Assembly: GCF_001194135.2 (NCBI RefSeq) | Contig: NC_068982.1 | Location: 28,293,646 to 28,336,588 of the forward strand | Direction: 5' to 3' | DNA length: 42,943 nucleotides | Source: Octopus bimaculoides | Taxonomy: Eukaryota | In this document: positions 1 through 11,530 of the stretch, in pieces | Layout: the number at the start of each line of letters is the position of its first letter | Position numbering within the stretch: position 1 is the stretch's first letter | Position numbers and translations under genes: made by a program | Notes under the pieces: generated by a model | The model's database searches: none | Told to the model about the DNA's origin: nothing | Seen by the model: only the letters and a program-made list of their open reading frames with translations

Positions 1-55
<55 letters not shown>

Positions 56-223
56 TACATATACGTATTACATGAACCCTAGTTCTTGACTTGTACGTTA
101 AGTTTAGGTCCACGGTGCCGCAATGGAATGATAAGACAAAGTTGATCTTAGTGGTATTTGAACGGAGTAGAATAATAGCTTTATTTTAACACATACACAC
201 GAACGCACACACAGACACAGACA

Positions 224-278
<55 letters not shown>

Positions 279-288
279 NNNNNNNNNN

Positions 289-322
<34 letters not shown>

Positions 323-420
323 ACAAACACACACTACACGCCCACGAACATACACAGAAACACGCATACCTACCTACCTACCTACCTACCTACCTGTTTG
401 TGTGTGTATATGTATGTATG
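1..420. repeat. Microsatellite cluster (TA, CA, CT, CCTA, TATG) with a 10-N gap at 279-288
   Basis: Seen directly. Confidence 0.97.
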
Positions 421-519
421 TATGCATGTATGTATATAGTGGTATCTGAAGAAATGGTATCTGAAAAATATTGTATAAGAAGTTGGAATTTGAATTTATA
501 TAATATACCTTTTGGGTCA

Positions 520-960
520 GTTCGAGTGAAAAGAAGTAGTAAAAAGATTAAAGGGATGTCTTTAGGATGTCTTTAGGCAGCATGTTGACTATGTTTGATT
601 GGGATCATGCTCAACAGTTTATGTTGAGTTAGAGGAAGATGGACCATATTCCGCACACTTGAGGGAAGGGAAGTGCATTGATTAAACTTTATTGAAGACG
701 AGTGTATGGGAGCATAGGAATTTCTGAGTGTCCAGTGTCCACTCAACAATGTTAGTTTTCCAGAGTTTAGTGGGCACAGATTCCCAATTCTTCGTTTCAG
801 AGGGAATAAGTCGTAATTTTTGAGTGAGGGAATGAACGTATGCCCTTACTAAACCTCTACGTACAAACCACCCCTAATTATTTCTGAGCCGATAGGATAC
901 TACTGGCTACTTGACTGTTTCTAGGCAATTTAAAGAGTACCTGAGTCACTCTTTTCCAAT
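520..960 (-). mobile_element. Decayed 3' region of a LINE ORF2 (CR1/L2/Jockey-type C-terminus)
   Basis: Minus frame LRNSYAPIHSSSIKFNQCTSLPSSVRNMVHLPLTQHKLLSMIP resembles the WNSLP..VRN...L..FK..L C-terminal LINE motif. Heavily decayed. Confidence 0.35.
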
Positions 961-980
961 GCTAGATGAGCTCGTATTTT

Positions 981-1213
981 TTATTTCTTTACTGCCCATA
1001 AGGGGGGTACACACTGAGGCGCAAACAAGTAGAGACAAACGGATTAAGTCGATTATATCGACCTCAGTGCGTAAATGGTACTTATTTAATCGACCCCGAA
1101 AAGATGAAAGGCAAAGTCGACCTCGGCGGAATTTGAACTCAGAACGTAGCGGCAGACGAAATGCCGCTAAGCATTTCGCCCAGCATGCTAACGTTTCTGC
1201 TAGCTAGCCGCCT
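981..1213 (-). mobile_element. Cephalopod-type SINE, family A (ggcggcgagctggcagaaacgttagca head)
   Basis: Similar to the copies at 7234, 22251, 23045, 23261, 23492 and 25945 in this window; shared core aaagtcgacctcggcggaatttgaactcagaacgt. Confidence 0.85.
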
Positions 1214-1736
1214 CATATTTCTGTATGCCTAAATGGCAGCTCAGCGGTAGTTGGAATATCATGAGAGGACAGTAGCTGAGTATGTCCATCATGTACAATG
1301 CTTTAGTCTCCTTCTCGTCATTCACCATATTATATTTTATAAGGAGTAAACACAGGAAATTCCAGATAGAATTTTCTACATAGGGGAGAGTTAGAATCTA
1401 AAGAGGAGAAACGCTTTCACACTTGACTGTAACTAAAAACATGTATTTTTTAAATTTAAATTCCAACTTCAGCTGCAATAATTTAAAGCTTCCACTTCTG
1501 GTCTTGAACATTTTTAGGTACAATGAGTTTATATCATCCCTGCGCCGAGATTTTCCATGCTAGTCCGCTATTATCATATGCAATGCTTTTTACAGGTATA
1601 AAATTATTGAAACAAAACTCAAAAAATATAAGAAAACAAAATTAAAATTTTTTTTAAGTAAGTTCAAACTATAGTAAAAAAAGTAATTTTTAATAATTAA
1701 CGGAAAGTGAATTATATTAAAATGCTAATAAAACAG

Positions 1737-1999
1737 CAATCGGTGAATTAAATGAACTAGTTGGGAAGCAGCTCAGTAAATGTAAGTCGGCCAGTTTGAG
1801 GCAGAACAAGTCTGATCGCGTACACATTCTCGAGAAATACCTCGAGCACACCACAAATGTCCTCGTTGCTATTGTGTTGGACAAGTAAGTTTGCAATATT
1901 TCAAATGATTTTTTAAAAAATATAGTGACTTGTTCCCTACTTTCAATCCCCAGGACATCTCGCGATCTCCCCACCGCTAATGAAAAAGCACTGCTATAA
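1737..1999 (+). CDS. Candidate exon pair of an unidentified plus-strand gene: join(1737-1884,1954-1999)
   Basis: 148-nt open segment ending AA|GTAAGT, then a 69-nt intron with a strong acceptor (cctactttcaatccccag|), phase-compatible, giving ...IGELNELVGKQLSKCKSASLRQNKSDRVHILEKYLEHTTNVLVAIVLDKTSRDLPTANEKALL*. No homology recognised. Confidence 0.25.
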
Positions 2000-3144
2000 T
2001 ATATCTTAAGTCAAAGGCAGTATTAATACCGAGAGGTAATATTTATCTCCACTTGGAGGTGGATTTTCTCTTAGAACAAACTATACTGTGATAGGTACAA
2101 TGAGAGAAACTTGCATGTTGGCTTTTGGTGCAAAATGCACGCTTGTTTATATCGCTAGCGGGGAGATAAATCCTCACCATCTTCACACTGAAACCATTAA
2201 ATCACGTAATTTCAACCTTCGTTTGTCTTGTCAATGATGTGTGTTCATCCTGGATAAAACTTAGATATGTTTCAACCAAAGATTGGTCCAGGCCATGTCT
2301 AACTTAATAGCACCACCTGATAAATCCTTTTTAAGTCAAGTTTTGTTTATGGTCTATTCAAGGACAGCCAGTGTACCTAATGCCGCTCATGTCGAGCGTG
2401 CAGAGGCACGTTGACAGCGAGCGGAATGGAACTGCCAGCGTCTGCTGGGATCAAACGAGCCAGTTCGTTGTGTTAGCATCGAAGTCAAAGATTTAGTAAC
2501 AGGGTAGCAATTATATATCACCTGAGGAGATACAACTGAATCCCATTATACAGGTAAACGGTCACTTACGTAAAATCCTGTGAATATGTGCACCTATGTT
2601 ATATCGAAACGTAGTGTTTATTAAGTAGCTGTCTAACCGTACTCTTTCTTGTTGACTCTAATTTTTCAATTATATATGTCGAACCTAATAACGAATTTTC
2701 TCTCTCTATAACAAACTCCAAAGAACAGTTAGTTTTCTATTGGTAGATTTTCGTTAAATAAATATATTTTTGTTTTCATTTTCCGTCGACGAAGAAAACA
2801 CTAACAGTAAATAGACTTTAAGGATCAAGTAAGCACTTTGGATTAATAATCGATCCGAGAGAGGTGGGACGAGTTTTTACACTTTTTCTGTGTTCTTTCA
2901 CGCCTTCTACGTCTCTACGCTTCCTCTTACATCTCCCTCACTCAATACCACCAGATTTTGTTACTTGGAGATTTACCCATCTGCATTGTTGAGGCTTCCG
3001 AAACGACTATTCTTCATATTTCTATTTTGATAGCATTACTAATATTCCAAAATCGTTAAAAAGTTTACTTGGAAATTCTTAACAAATTTTATTTTTAATT
3101 TTAAAATTACAAAAAAAAAAAAAATAATAATAATATACAACAAC

Positions 3145-4434
3145 ATGGTGGAACAACGTAAACGGAACGCATATTCTATCAAAACTAAAAAGGAAATTCT
3201 TAATGATTGGAAAAGACACAGCTTCATTTGTATTGAAAAAGTGAAACATACCAAAATCAACAATATCCGAACTTAAAAAGTGAGAAAAAAGTAATATGTA
3301 CATATAATAATATGTTTCAGTCGGGAAAGAATTTAATCACGAAAAACCTAAGACCAAGGTAGATGAATCACTTATTGAAGAACTTAAAAATGCTAGGTCA
3401 TTAGAAATCCCAATAAATGGGAATATCATCAAACAAAAAGCTCTGGAAATTGCGAAAGAGAAGGATGAAAAGGAATTTAAGGCCAGTAATGGGTGGTTAA
3501 ATTGTTTATAAAAAGAAATGTTAAATTTAAAACTCAAACTGGTACTAAAGTTGACGTGCCTGAAAATGAAATAAATTAATTTCGTGATAAATATAAAGAC
3601 AAACTTCTTGAATATAATGTAGAAAATATCTTTAACACATGAAACTGCATTGTTCTGCAAAAAATTGCCAACTAAAAGTTATGTTTTCTTAACGATGATA
3701 ATACCAAATCAAAAGAGAGAATTACAATATTATTGACAAGTAGTGCAACTGGTGAGAAGTTAAAATCTCTTTTTATTGGAAAAAGTCTTAAACCTCGTTG
3801 TTTCAAGAATAGTGACATTTCGAAACAGGAATTTTATTATAAAAACAACAATACAGCATAGATGGCAGAAACCATTTTCATTTTACCTAAAAGAAATCAA
3901 TTACGAAATTTTTAAACTACGGAGAAAAGTATTATTGCTCCTTGATGCCACAAACAATAAAGCTTTTCAAATATGGAATTTTTTTTTCTACCCACGAACC
4001 CAATTGCAAATTTACAACCTTTAGACCAAGGAATAATTTGGTCATTCAAGTGCAACTACAATACAATTTTCATTAAAAATTTTGTTAATAAAGAAAGATG
4101 TGAAGTGTCAATTCAAAAGGAACATCATTATTGGATGGTATTTTTTTGGTCAGTCCAGACATGAGATACGGTTGTAAAAGAAACAATTGTAAATTACTGG
4201 AAAACTTCAGGTCAACAAATACAGAATCCAATGAGTGAAGATTCACTTGAAAAAACATCAGTTGAATTGAGTTTAGAAAATGGGGAATACGAGCTGCAAT
4301 ACGCACTTAAGAAACTCGAGGAATTAAAATATGACACTGTTAGTTTCACTGAACTAAACAATTACGAAACTAGAGAAACAGAATGTTGCAATAATCCAGA
4401 TGAAAAAAAAAAAAATTTACAAGTCAAATGTTAA
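3145..4434 (+). mobile_element. Tigger/pogo-family DNA transposon, transposase pseudogene (CENP-B-type HTH plus DDE_1)
   Basis: Motifs across frameshifts: MVEQRKRNAYSIKTKKEI, IPINGNIIKQKALEIA..FKASNGWL (3482), ETALF.K.LP, SKERITILL..SATGEKLK.LFIGKS.KPRCFK, LLLLD, LP.N....LQPLDQGII.SFK (4015). Multiple stops; TIRs not confidently found. Confidence 0.9.
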
Positions 4435-5778
4435 ATTCCAAATCTCTAAATAATGATACGGAAGAGGAAGCAATTGACGAGGATCAAGTTAATAAGCTGA
4501 TTTTCAAAAGTACTTTGAATTAATCAATGAACTTTAAACTCTCAGTTCAAAGAGTAGAAAGAGACAAAAAAAAAAAAAAAAAAAAAAAAGATTTTTGAAT
4601 TTATGACACCGGCAAAGAAGACATGAGCATCATAGATAAGAACACAAATCTTGAATTTATATGTCTTGTTTTTACATTGTTTTCTGTTTTTGATAATGTC
4701 AAAATAACCTACTTTTGTTTTAAAATGTTATTGAAAAATCATAATATATGGACAGATATTATTTAAGCATTTTTTTTTATCTCATAAGTTTGTTCCACTG
4801 CACCAGCTTCAAAGAAGTTTACAGAATGAAGACTTATTGCAGCGTGGATGATGATGATGGTGATGATTTCCTAATTCAGTATTAAACTTTGAGTCAGCTG
4901 CATGATCCGAGGTTTGAAACAGCAACAATTGTTTTTCATCCTCGCCTGAGTTTCATACAACTTCAATAAGTCGTAAATAAGGAAATTTTAACAAATCTTC
5001 AGTTAATCCAAAACTTGGTAAATTGCAGCCACACTTCTCGGAAACACAGAATTTAATAGTAGAACCAGCTTATTAGAATATTACACTGCATTCTCCTTTA
5101 TGGTAAATTAATAGCAAGAAAATAGATGAATCTAATAGAAATTACATAATTGTCTCAGGTTTATTCATGAAGGAAAGGGAAGTGAATATGTAATATAAAT
5201 GTTTTTAGAATAAATACCAGATTTGATGTTTTCAACGAAAACATCATTAACTTATTAATGTCAACTAAAATGTCTCCAGTTTTTAAGTATATGGCACTTT
5301 GATACACTCTTCTGACATAGAAATAATAATAGTGTCAGTGTCTTACAAATGAAAATAGTTTCTTTGCCTATCTTTAAAATGTCCAACTTCAGGGTTTGGT
5401 TATAACACATGTTACATTCCATGCAGCTGGGCACAAGTTGAAAAGATAGTAGACTTATTTTGCTAGAATCTCAAGAACATATAATTAAAAAATCTCTCTG
5501 CTATTTTATATTTCGTAGGCAATGTCAGCGACACATAATAGACGAAAACACTGTACGGAGAGCTTTTTAGCCATTTTTAACATCTGCAAAATATATATTG
5601 CACAAGGTTACTTACGCTTATTTACAAAATAAGACATCAAAATAAAATGCGTCAACTTAACTGTGTAAAACAATGATCCAACGAATGTTACACTTTTGAA
5701 AACTCGTTTATTATTACAGTATTACTTTCTAACTAACCGAACAAAATTTAAACTTATATTTTATTTATTTCAGTAATA

Positions 5779-5981
5779 GAACTGAGGCGATCCCCAGTAC
5801 TTATTTTTAAAGTCTCGTACTTATTCTATTGGGGTCTTTTGCCAAATCACTTAGTTAGGAGGGCATAAACAAATCAACTCCGGTTGTCAAGCAGTGATGA
5901 AGAAACACACACACACATACACACACGATAGGCTTCCACACAGTCTTCGTGTATCAAATTCACTCACAAGACTGGTCGCCT
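5779..5981 (-). mobile_element. Cephalopod-type SINE, family B (internal GT/CA microsatellite)
   Basis: Shares ttgacaaccgg and ccaatagaataagtac...aataagtactgggg with the copies at 17931, 29880, 34440 and 42424. Confidence 0.75.
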
Positions 5982-7040
5982 CTAATACAAATTATTAAAG
6001 GCGATGAACACATAACAATTTTGAACTTTGTCAGTATTTTAATTCATAAATATATATATCTTTTTAACCTCCATATAATCAATTTACTTTCCAAAAATAG
6101 GGTACATACGTAGCAAATAAGCAAATATACTATGAACCCGCATGAAGCATGATATATTAATATCTTCAAGTGACAACTGCCGAATAGTTTCGTCGGATAA
6201 GTAGCAGGGTACATATTTAAGATAATACACAGGCATCAATAAAAAGACTGAGAAAGAGGGAAATAATTATTAATGGAGAGATGAATACATGAAGTCAAGT
6301 GCAAAAATATGTTAACAAAAAATGAGGAAAGGGGTTTGATAGATAAAGAGAAAGAGCAAGAGAGAGAAAATGAGGAGTATAAAAGGAAGAGAAACAAGAA
6401 AAAGAAAGAGAACTTAAAGAATGAAAGGATCATTGTATCACTTTGAGAAGGACGACTATCAAGAACAGGATGTAAAATTTGAGGAATGAAGGAGAGAAGG
6501 GAAAGATTACAAGGAATCTATTAAAAAGTAAGAGCGTATGCCATATGAAATAGCCTCTTGCTATGTAAAAGTGACAGTATAATGTTTTAGTGATCTGAGT
6601 CGGTATAAGAGTTTAAACGAGATAAGAATTAGAAAAATATAGAAGATATATACAAACAATAGAATATAGATGTAAATATATAAGTGGTGCTATAAAAATA
6701 GAAAAATAAAACAATTGCGTAATTGAAAACAGTACGAATGACTAAACTCAAATTAAGGCAGGTCATAATTCTAACTTGGACAAGAAATTAAATATAAACA
6801 GATAAATAGATAAGACCAAAGAATGCTAGAGCACAACACAAGTTAAAAGCTATCGAAGTCAACTGGAGCATGTCATGTATGGCAAAAGGAAAATGTTTTC
6901 AGAAATCTGTACCGGAAAAACGCTATGTTACACTGTTTATTAAGATGAAGGTCCTGATTCTCTCGTAATATCTCAGGGGAATCTCTGAACAAATTGCATG
7001 CAATACAGTCACGCTGGTAAGATCTTCCAGCCTTGATGAC

Positions 7041-7148
<108 letters not shown>

Positions 7149-7233
7149 GAAATTTTATTAGCCTTGAGATGATGCATATAATTTACCAGCGAATAGAAGA
7201 ATTAAGCTTAATATGAGAGAACGAACTAACTAG

Positions 7234-7437
7234 GATGGCGAGCAGGCAGAATCGTTACTGTACCGGAAAAATGCTTAGCAGTATTTCTTCCGACTTTACG
7301 TTCTGAGTTCAGATGCTGCCGGGATCCACTTTGCCTTTCATTCTTTCGGGGTCAATAAAATAAGTACCAGTCGATACAGGGTCGTTGTAGTTCGACTTAC
7401 CCCAAAATTGCTGGCCTTGTACCAAAATTTCAAACCA
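7234..7437 (+). mobile_element. SINE family A copy
   Basis: ggatggcgagcaggcagaatcgtt...tttgcctttcattctttcggggtcaataaaataagtaccag...gctggccttgtaccaaaatttcaaacc. Confidence 0.85.
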
Positions 7438-8140
7438 ATATTAAAGAACATATATGTGTGTGTGTGTGTGTGTAGGTGTGTGCGCGCATGCACGCACACA
7501 CGAAACCATATTCGTAATTAGTAGTGCTATTATCTCAAAATCGCATTATGTACTCTTAACATCGAAATGTAGAATGCCACACAACTGCAGTATTCATCAC
7601 GAGAGTATAGAAGACACGGAGGACGCACAATAATGTTAACCTTTTCTGTTATTGCAAAGTCTAGGGACTTCATCGTGGATGTGAATTTCTCAAGGCAACC
7701 ATATTTTCTCTGCCAAAATTAGGGCCTACCCACAATATCGAATGATTTTGGATAGCTAACTGTTATAATGTACCCCTGCTCTGTTCTACCCATTTGCCCT
7801 GAAGTTTTCAAACCAGAAAAACCTAGTCATTTGTGGTAATAACCTCGCGGAAACTACACTGAGTCTTTTCTCTTTCCTTAGGTGTTGTTGCCCAACAAAT
7901 TGTCCCCAATATTAAGGTCACACGAGCAGGTGGCTTTCGTATCTACCTCAATTTTGTTTCTCTCTGGAGGAATGTCAAAAAATTATCCTTGCCAATGAAT
8001 CTCGTGGTTGCCCTTTGAAAAATGGATATTCCGGAAAATTTCAATTTACTGCTTCCAATTGGCGGTTAACAGAACTAATACAAATACCACTTTAAATGTG
8101 GAATTCAAGCTTGAGACGTAAATGAGTTGGTGATAAAAGT

Positions 8141-8640
8141 ATGCCCCAAATGTCATTTCTCTATTTCAATGATCCTGAGCGGATTCAAGAAAGAGTTATT
8201 TTAACCCCAATAAATGAAATGGTAGATGAGATGAATCCACGTAGGCTTTCAAGTTTGCAGAATCTTAAAAATCTCACCGTATCCAATAATCTTTCGGAAA
8301 GACGGCCCCATAATTCTCCTTGGAATCTGTCTCTAGACTTTGCAACGGGACTCATCTGGTAACAAAGAATTGCAACTACATGTATTAAAAGCAACAATTT
8401 TGATAGGTTGTGCCAAAGGTGAAGATACTATCGTTTTAAGAATTCCTTTTGAATTCCAACAGATGTGTGTTTCGTATTCAAATGAAATTTTTTCAGTATA
8501 CCTTTCACCTGAAATAAGTAATAAATCAAGGAATGATAAAGTCTCCAAATGCAGAAATTCATGTGGACTCATTAATTTTACCAGATTTATTTTAGTTCTT
8601 AGCGTCTGACATAAAAACCAAGAATACTGCATATTGCCCG
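8141..8640 (+). mobile_element. Helitron RepHel fragment (PIF1 helicase C-terminal region), decayed
   Basis: QERVILTP.NEMVDEMN, a PIILL.NL...LCNGTHLV motif (ctttgcaacgggactcatctg), LKATILIGCAKGED...RIP and a terminal KTKN. These are typical Helitron PIF1 motifs, broken by frameshifts. Confidence 0.8.
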
Positions 8641-8757
8641 GCCCCTTAAACACTGCTGTAAACAATGTGAAAAGTTAGTGATTCGAAAAGTATAGAGCAA
8701 TTACGAAAATTATTTTCTTAAAAGTATATTTTCTCAGAGGAAATACATACCATACTA

Positions 8758-9977
8758 TTGACTTGACAAGAAAGTAATTTTGGTTTCTTAGTGTGAAATA
8801 AGTCATTTTATTTTCATACAAAGAATGAACTTTAATCAATTATATATTTTCCAATTTGTTCGATGACCTTTCGCTATCTTTCTGGCAACTTCATGATCCC
8901 GTGATCATTGAACTTCTGGTCCTTATCGGCCAAAAACTGAAGCAGGTGCGATTTCAGGTCAACGATAGTGAAAGTTTTACCATTCAAAGAATTTTGCAAA
9001 CTTCGAAGTAAATGGTAATCAAATGGTGCAAGGTCAGGGCTATATGGTGGATATGAAATCACTTCCCAACCAAGCTCCAATAATTCTTTTACGAGTTAGC
9101 CAAAACGTGTGTGGTCATGGTGGACCAAGATTTCTTTACGATTTGCCAATTGTGGCCGTATTTTTTTTTTTTTGCTTCCTCCAGTTTCATTAGTTGTTGA
9201 CAGTAAACGTCTGAATTGAGCGTTTGGTTCTTTGGAAGCATCTCAAAGTACGCAACACCATTGTAATCCCACCAAATTGACATCGTGACTTTTTTTGATG
9301 CAATTCAGCTTTCGATGTAGTTTGTCTTGGTTCATTAGGCCTGGACGACGATCGTTTTCGATTAATATTTTTCCTCACCAGTGATTTTTTTTTTTTCGTA
9401 AGAGAAAAAAAAGATCGATTTCATTGCGTTTGAGATGTTTATCGTAAATATTGATTCGATGTGTTAACTGAATCTTTTTCAATCTATGTGAAATCCAAAT
9501 ATCTAGCTTCTTAACGAGTTCAAGACACTTTAAGTGATTTTCTTTCAATTGTTGTGTGATACATTAAATCTCTTCACACTCTCTCGCACAGTTATGACAA
9601 TCAGATTCAATTATTGCTTTGATTCAGTCATCAAATTGATTGAAAAATCTCTAGAACGGAATTTTTAAAACCATTTCTGATATGTGCGTTCTGTTAAGTA
9701 ATCTTAAACGTCACATTTCTCATTATGAGCGTCAGAAGCAGCTTGTCTTTTCGGAAATAAAAAGCAAAATATGGCGAAAATGTTCGCTTTTGCACCCCAT
9801 ATTAAATTTGACACTGAAGTAACTAAACAAAATGATACGCGCATTTTGCTTCTGAAAGAAGCTAAAAGTAACGGCTATCAAATGTCAAAAGGAAAAACAA
9901 ATCACCACATTGACAAAAGTCATTAAAAAAAATCGTAACTATTTGCGAAAAATGAAATTACATTCTTGCCAACTCAA
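8758..9977 (-). mobile_element. Near full-length mariner (DD34D) element, inactive
   Basis: MSIWWDYNGV.YFE.LP.NQT.NS.VYCQQL and WEV...PPYSPDLAP.DYHL.RSLQN.L.GK.F motifs. Imperfect TIRs ttgacttgacaagaaagtaattt (8758) and ttgagttggcaagaatgtaattt (reverse complement, ending 9977), each flanked by TA. About 1.22 kb. Confidence 0.93.
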
Positions 9978-11130
9978 TAGATTTATATAATTGTGTGATA
10001 AATGTATCGAAGCTGTTATAGATTATACTTACAGATTCTCGAGCTAAAGAGGAGAACCTCTACATGAGGTTTAGATTGCTACATATAGTGAAATCTGTCA
10101 TTGAAATTTCGTTAATTGATTGAGAAAAGTCGATATTTCAGATGGTTGTCAGGAGTTGAAACCACGAAGAATGAGAACTGCTGATGTATACAACTAGTTA
10201 TACACATGAACACAATGGGCTTTGAAAGTACGATTATTTGAATACTAGAGTGACCGAAAGGCCAAAGTTTAAGATACACCCAACTCTATAGTTTACTCTT
10301 TACTTTGTAGATGTTTATATTTTAAAGATTTGCCGAATACACACACGCGTTATGTAACATGTACACTTAGAGAATGCGAAAGCTGAATGAAAGAGACAAA
10401 TTAGTTGTCTAAAAAGAAGTGTTTTTTTAAAAAACAAAAAGAAACAATTGTTTTAAGGCATGTTTTGTTTTATGCGCTTTTCGAACAATCCGTTTGAAAC
10501 GATTCTTAAAACGTTCGACAACGCCCCGAGAAGATGTGAGCGGATGTTAGGTGGGGCTTTTTCATTGTTTAATGTTTATATATATATATATATATATAAT
10601 GTATGTATGTCTAAAAATAAAGAGAAAATGTAGATTCAATCTTCGACATTTTTTTTTATTTCTTCTATTTTTGTTTTACTCTAAGTGCACCCCACCACAA
10701 AATACATACTAAACAACATTTTTCTCTAAGTTTGTAAATCATTAGTAAATAAACACAAGTGTCAAATCTTTGTCTGTACACTCCGAGAGATATAGCTTCC
10801 GTCATACAAACAGTCTCAACTTTGAGAGTGTTCGGTGCACGACTTTTTAGTTTACTTGATCTTGCAGTCTGATTATGGTAACAATTCTTTGACAATTCCT
10901 TTTTAACTGTTAATACTGTTCCTGTCAATGTTTTTGTGGCCTGTATTGCCTTTGTTTAGGAAATGTAGAATTTTACTTTTACAAAAATGTTGTGGAGACT
11001 GCTTTGTATATTTGTCTACAGAACTTCACATGTTACCATGTTATTACCACTTTCAACTCAATTCTTTGTATTCAATAGAACAGTGGCATTCGTCATAACA
11101 TGTATATTTAAAGAGTGAACTCTGACTCAC

Positions 11131-11277
11131 CCACCCAGCTCTTAAAGAGAAAAACAAATTGATCTGAAACAGACATCTTAGAATAATAATGGTACGCCGC
11201 CAGGATTTTGTGTTGTAATCGTATACTTGGCCATAGGTACTGTATGAAACTGCAATTTCTGGATAGCGACACCTAAC
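11131..11277 (-). CDS. Isolated candidate symmetric exon (VRCRYPEIAVSYSTYGQVYDYNTKSWRRTIIILRCLFQINLFFSLRAGW)
   Basis: Acceptor tttgcatttttaag| and donor TGG|GTGAGT flank 147 nt with 49 open codons in phase 0. No partner exons or homology found. Confidence 0.2.
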
Positions 11278-11530
11278 CTTAAAAATGCAAATTATCGAGT
11301 CATACTTTTAAAATTACAATTCATATTTTTAGCATGTATATTACTCCAATATTGAAGTGGATGGTTGTTCTCTGGCGGATAGCTTCTTAGCTTTGCCCTG
11401 TGAGTTATAATGTTCGTTTGGTGCTTTTTATTTTGTTGGATTGTTTTGTGGGAGTTGTGTGCTGAGGGTTGTTTTGTACTGCTGTGCAGCAGCTTTTGAG
11501 TATAACGACATCATTGTTTGGCGGGCGTTA

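Noticed and set aside
7560-8050. Second, inverted Helitron fragment (minus-strand PRLCN)
   Set aside because: Only a five-residue motif with stops around it; insufficient to call.
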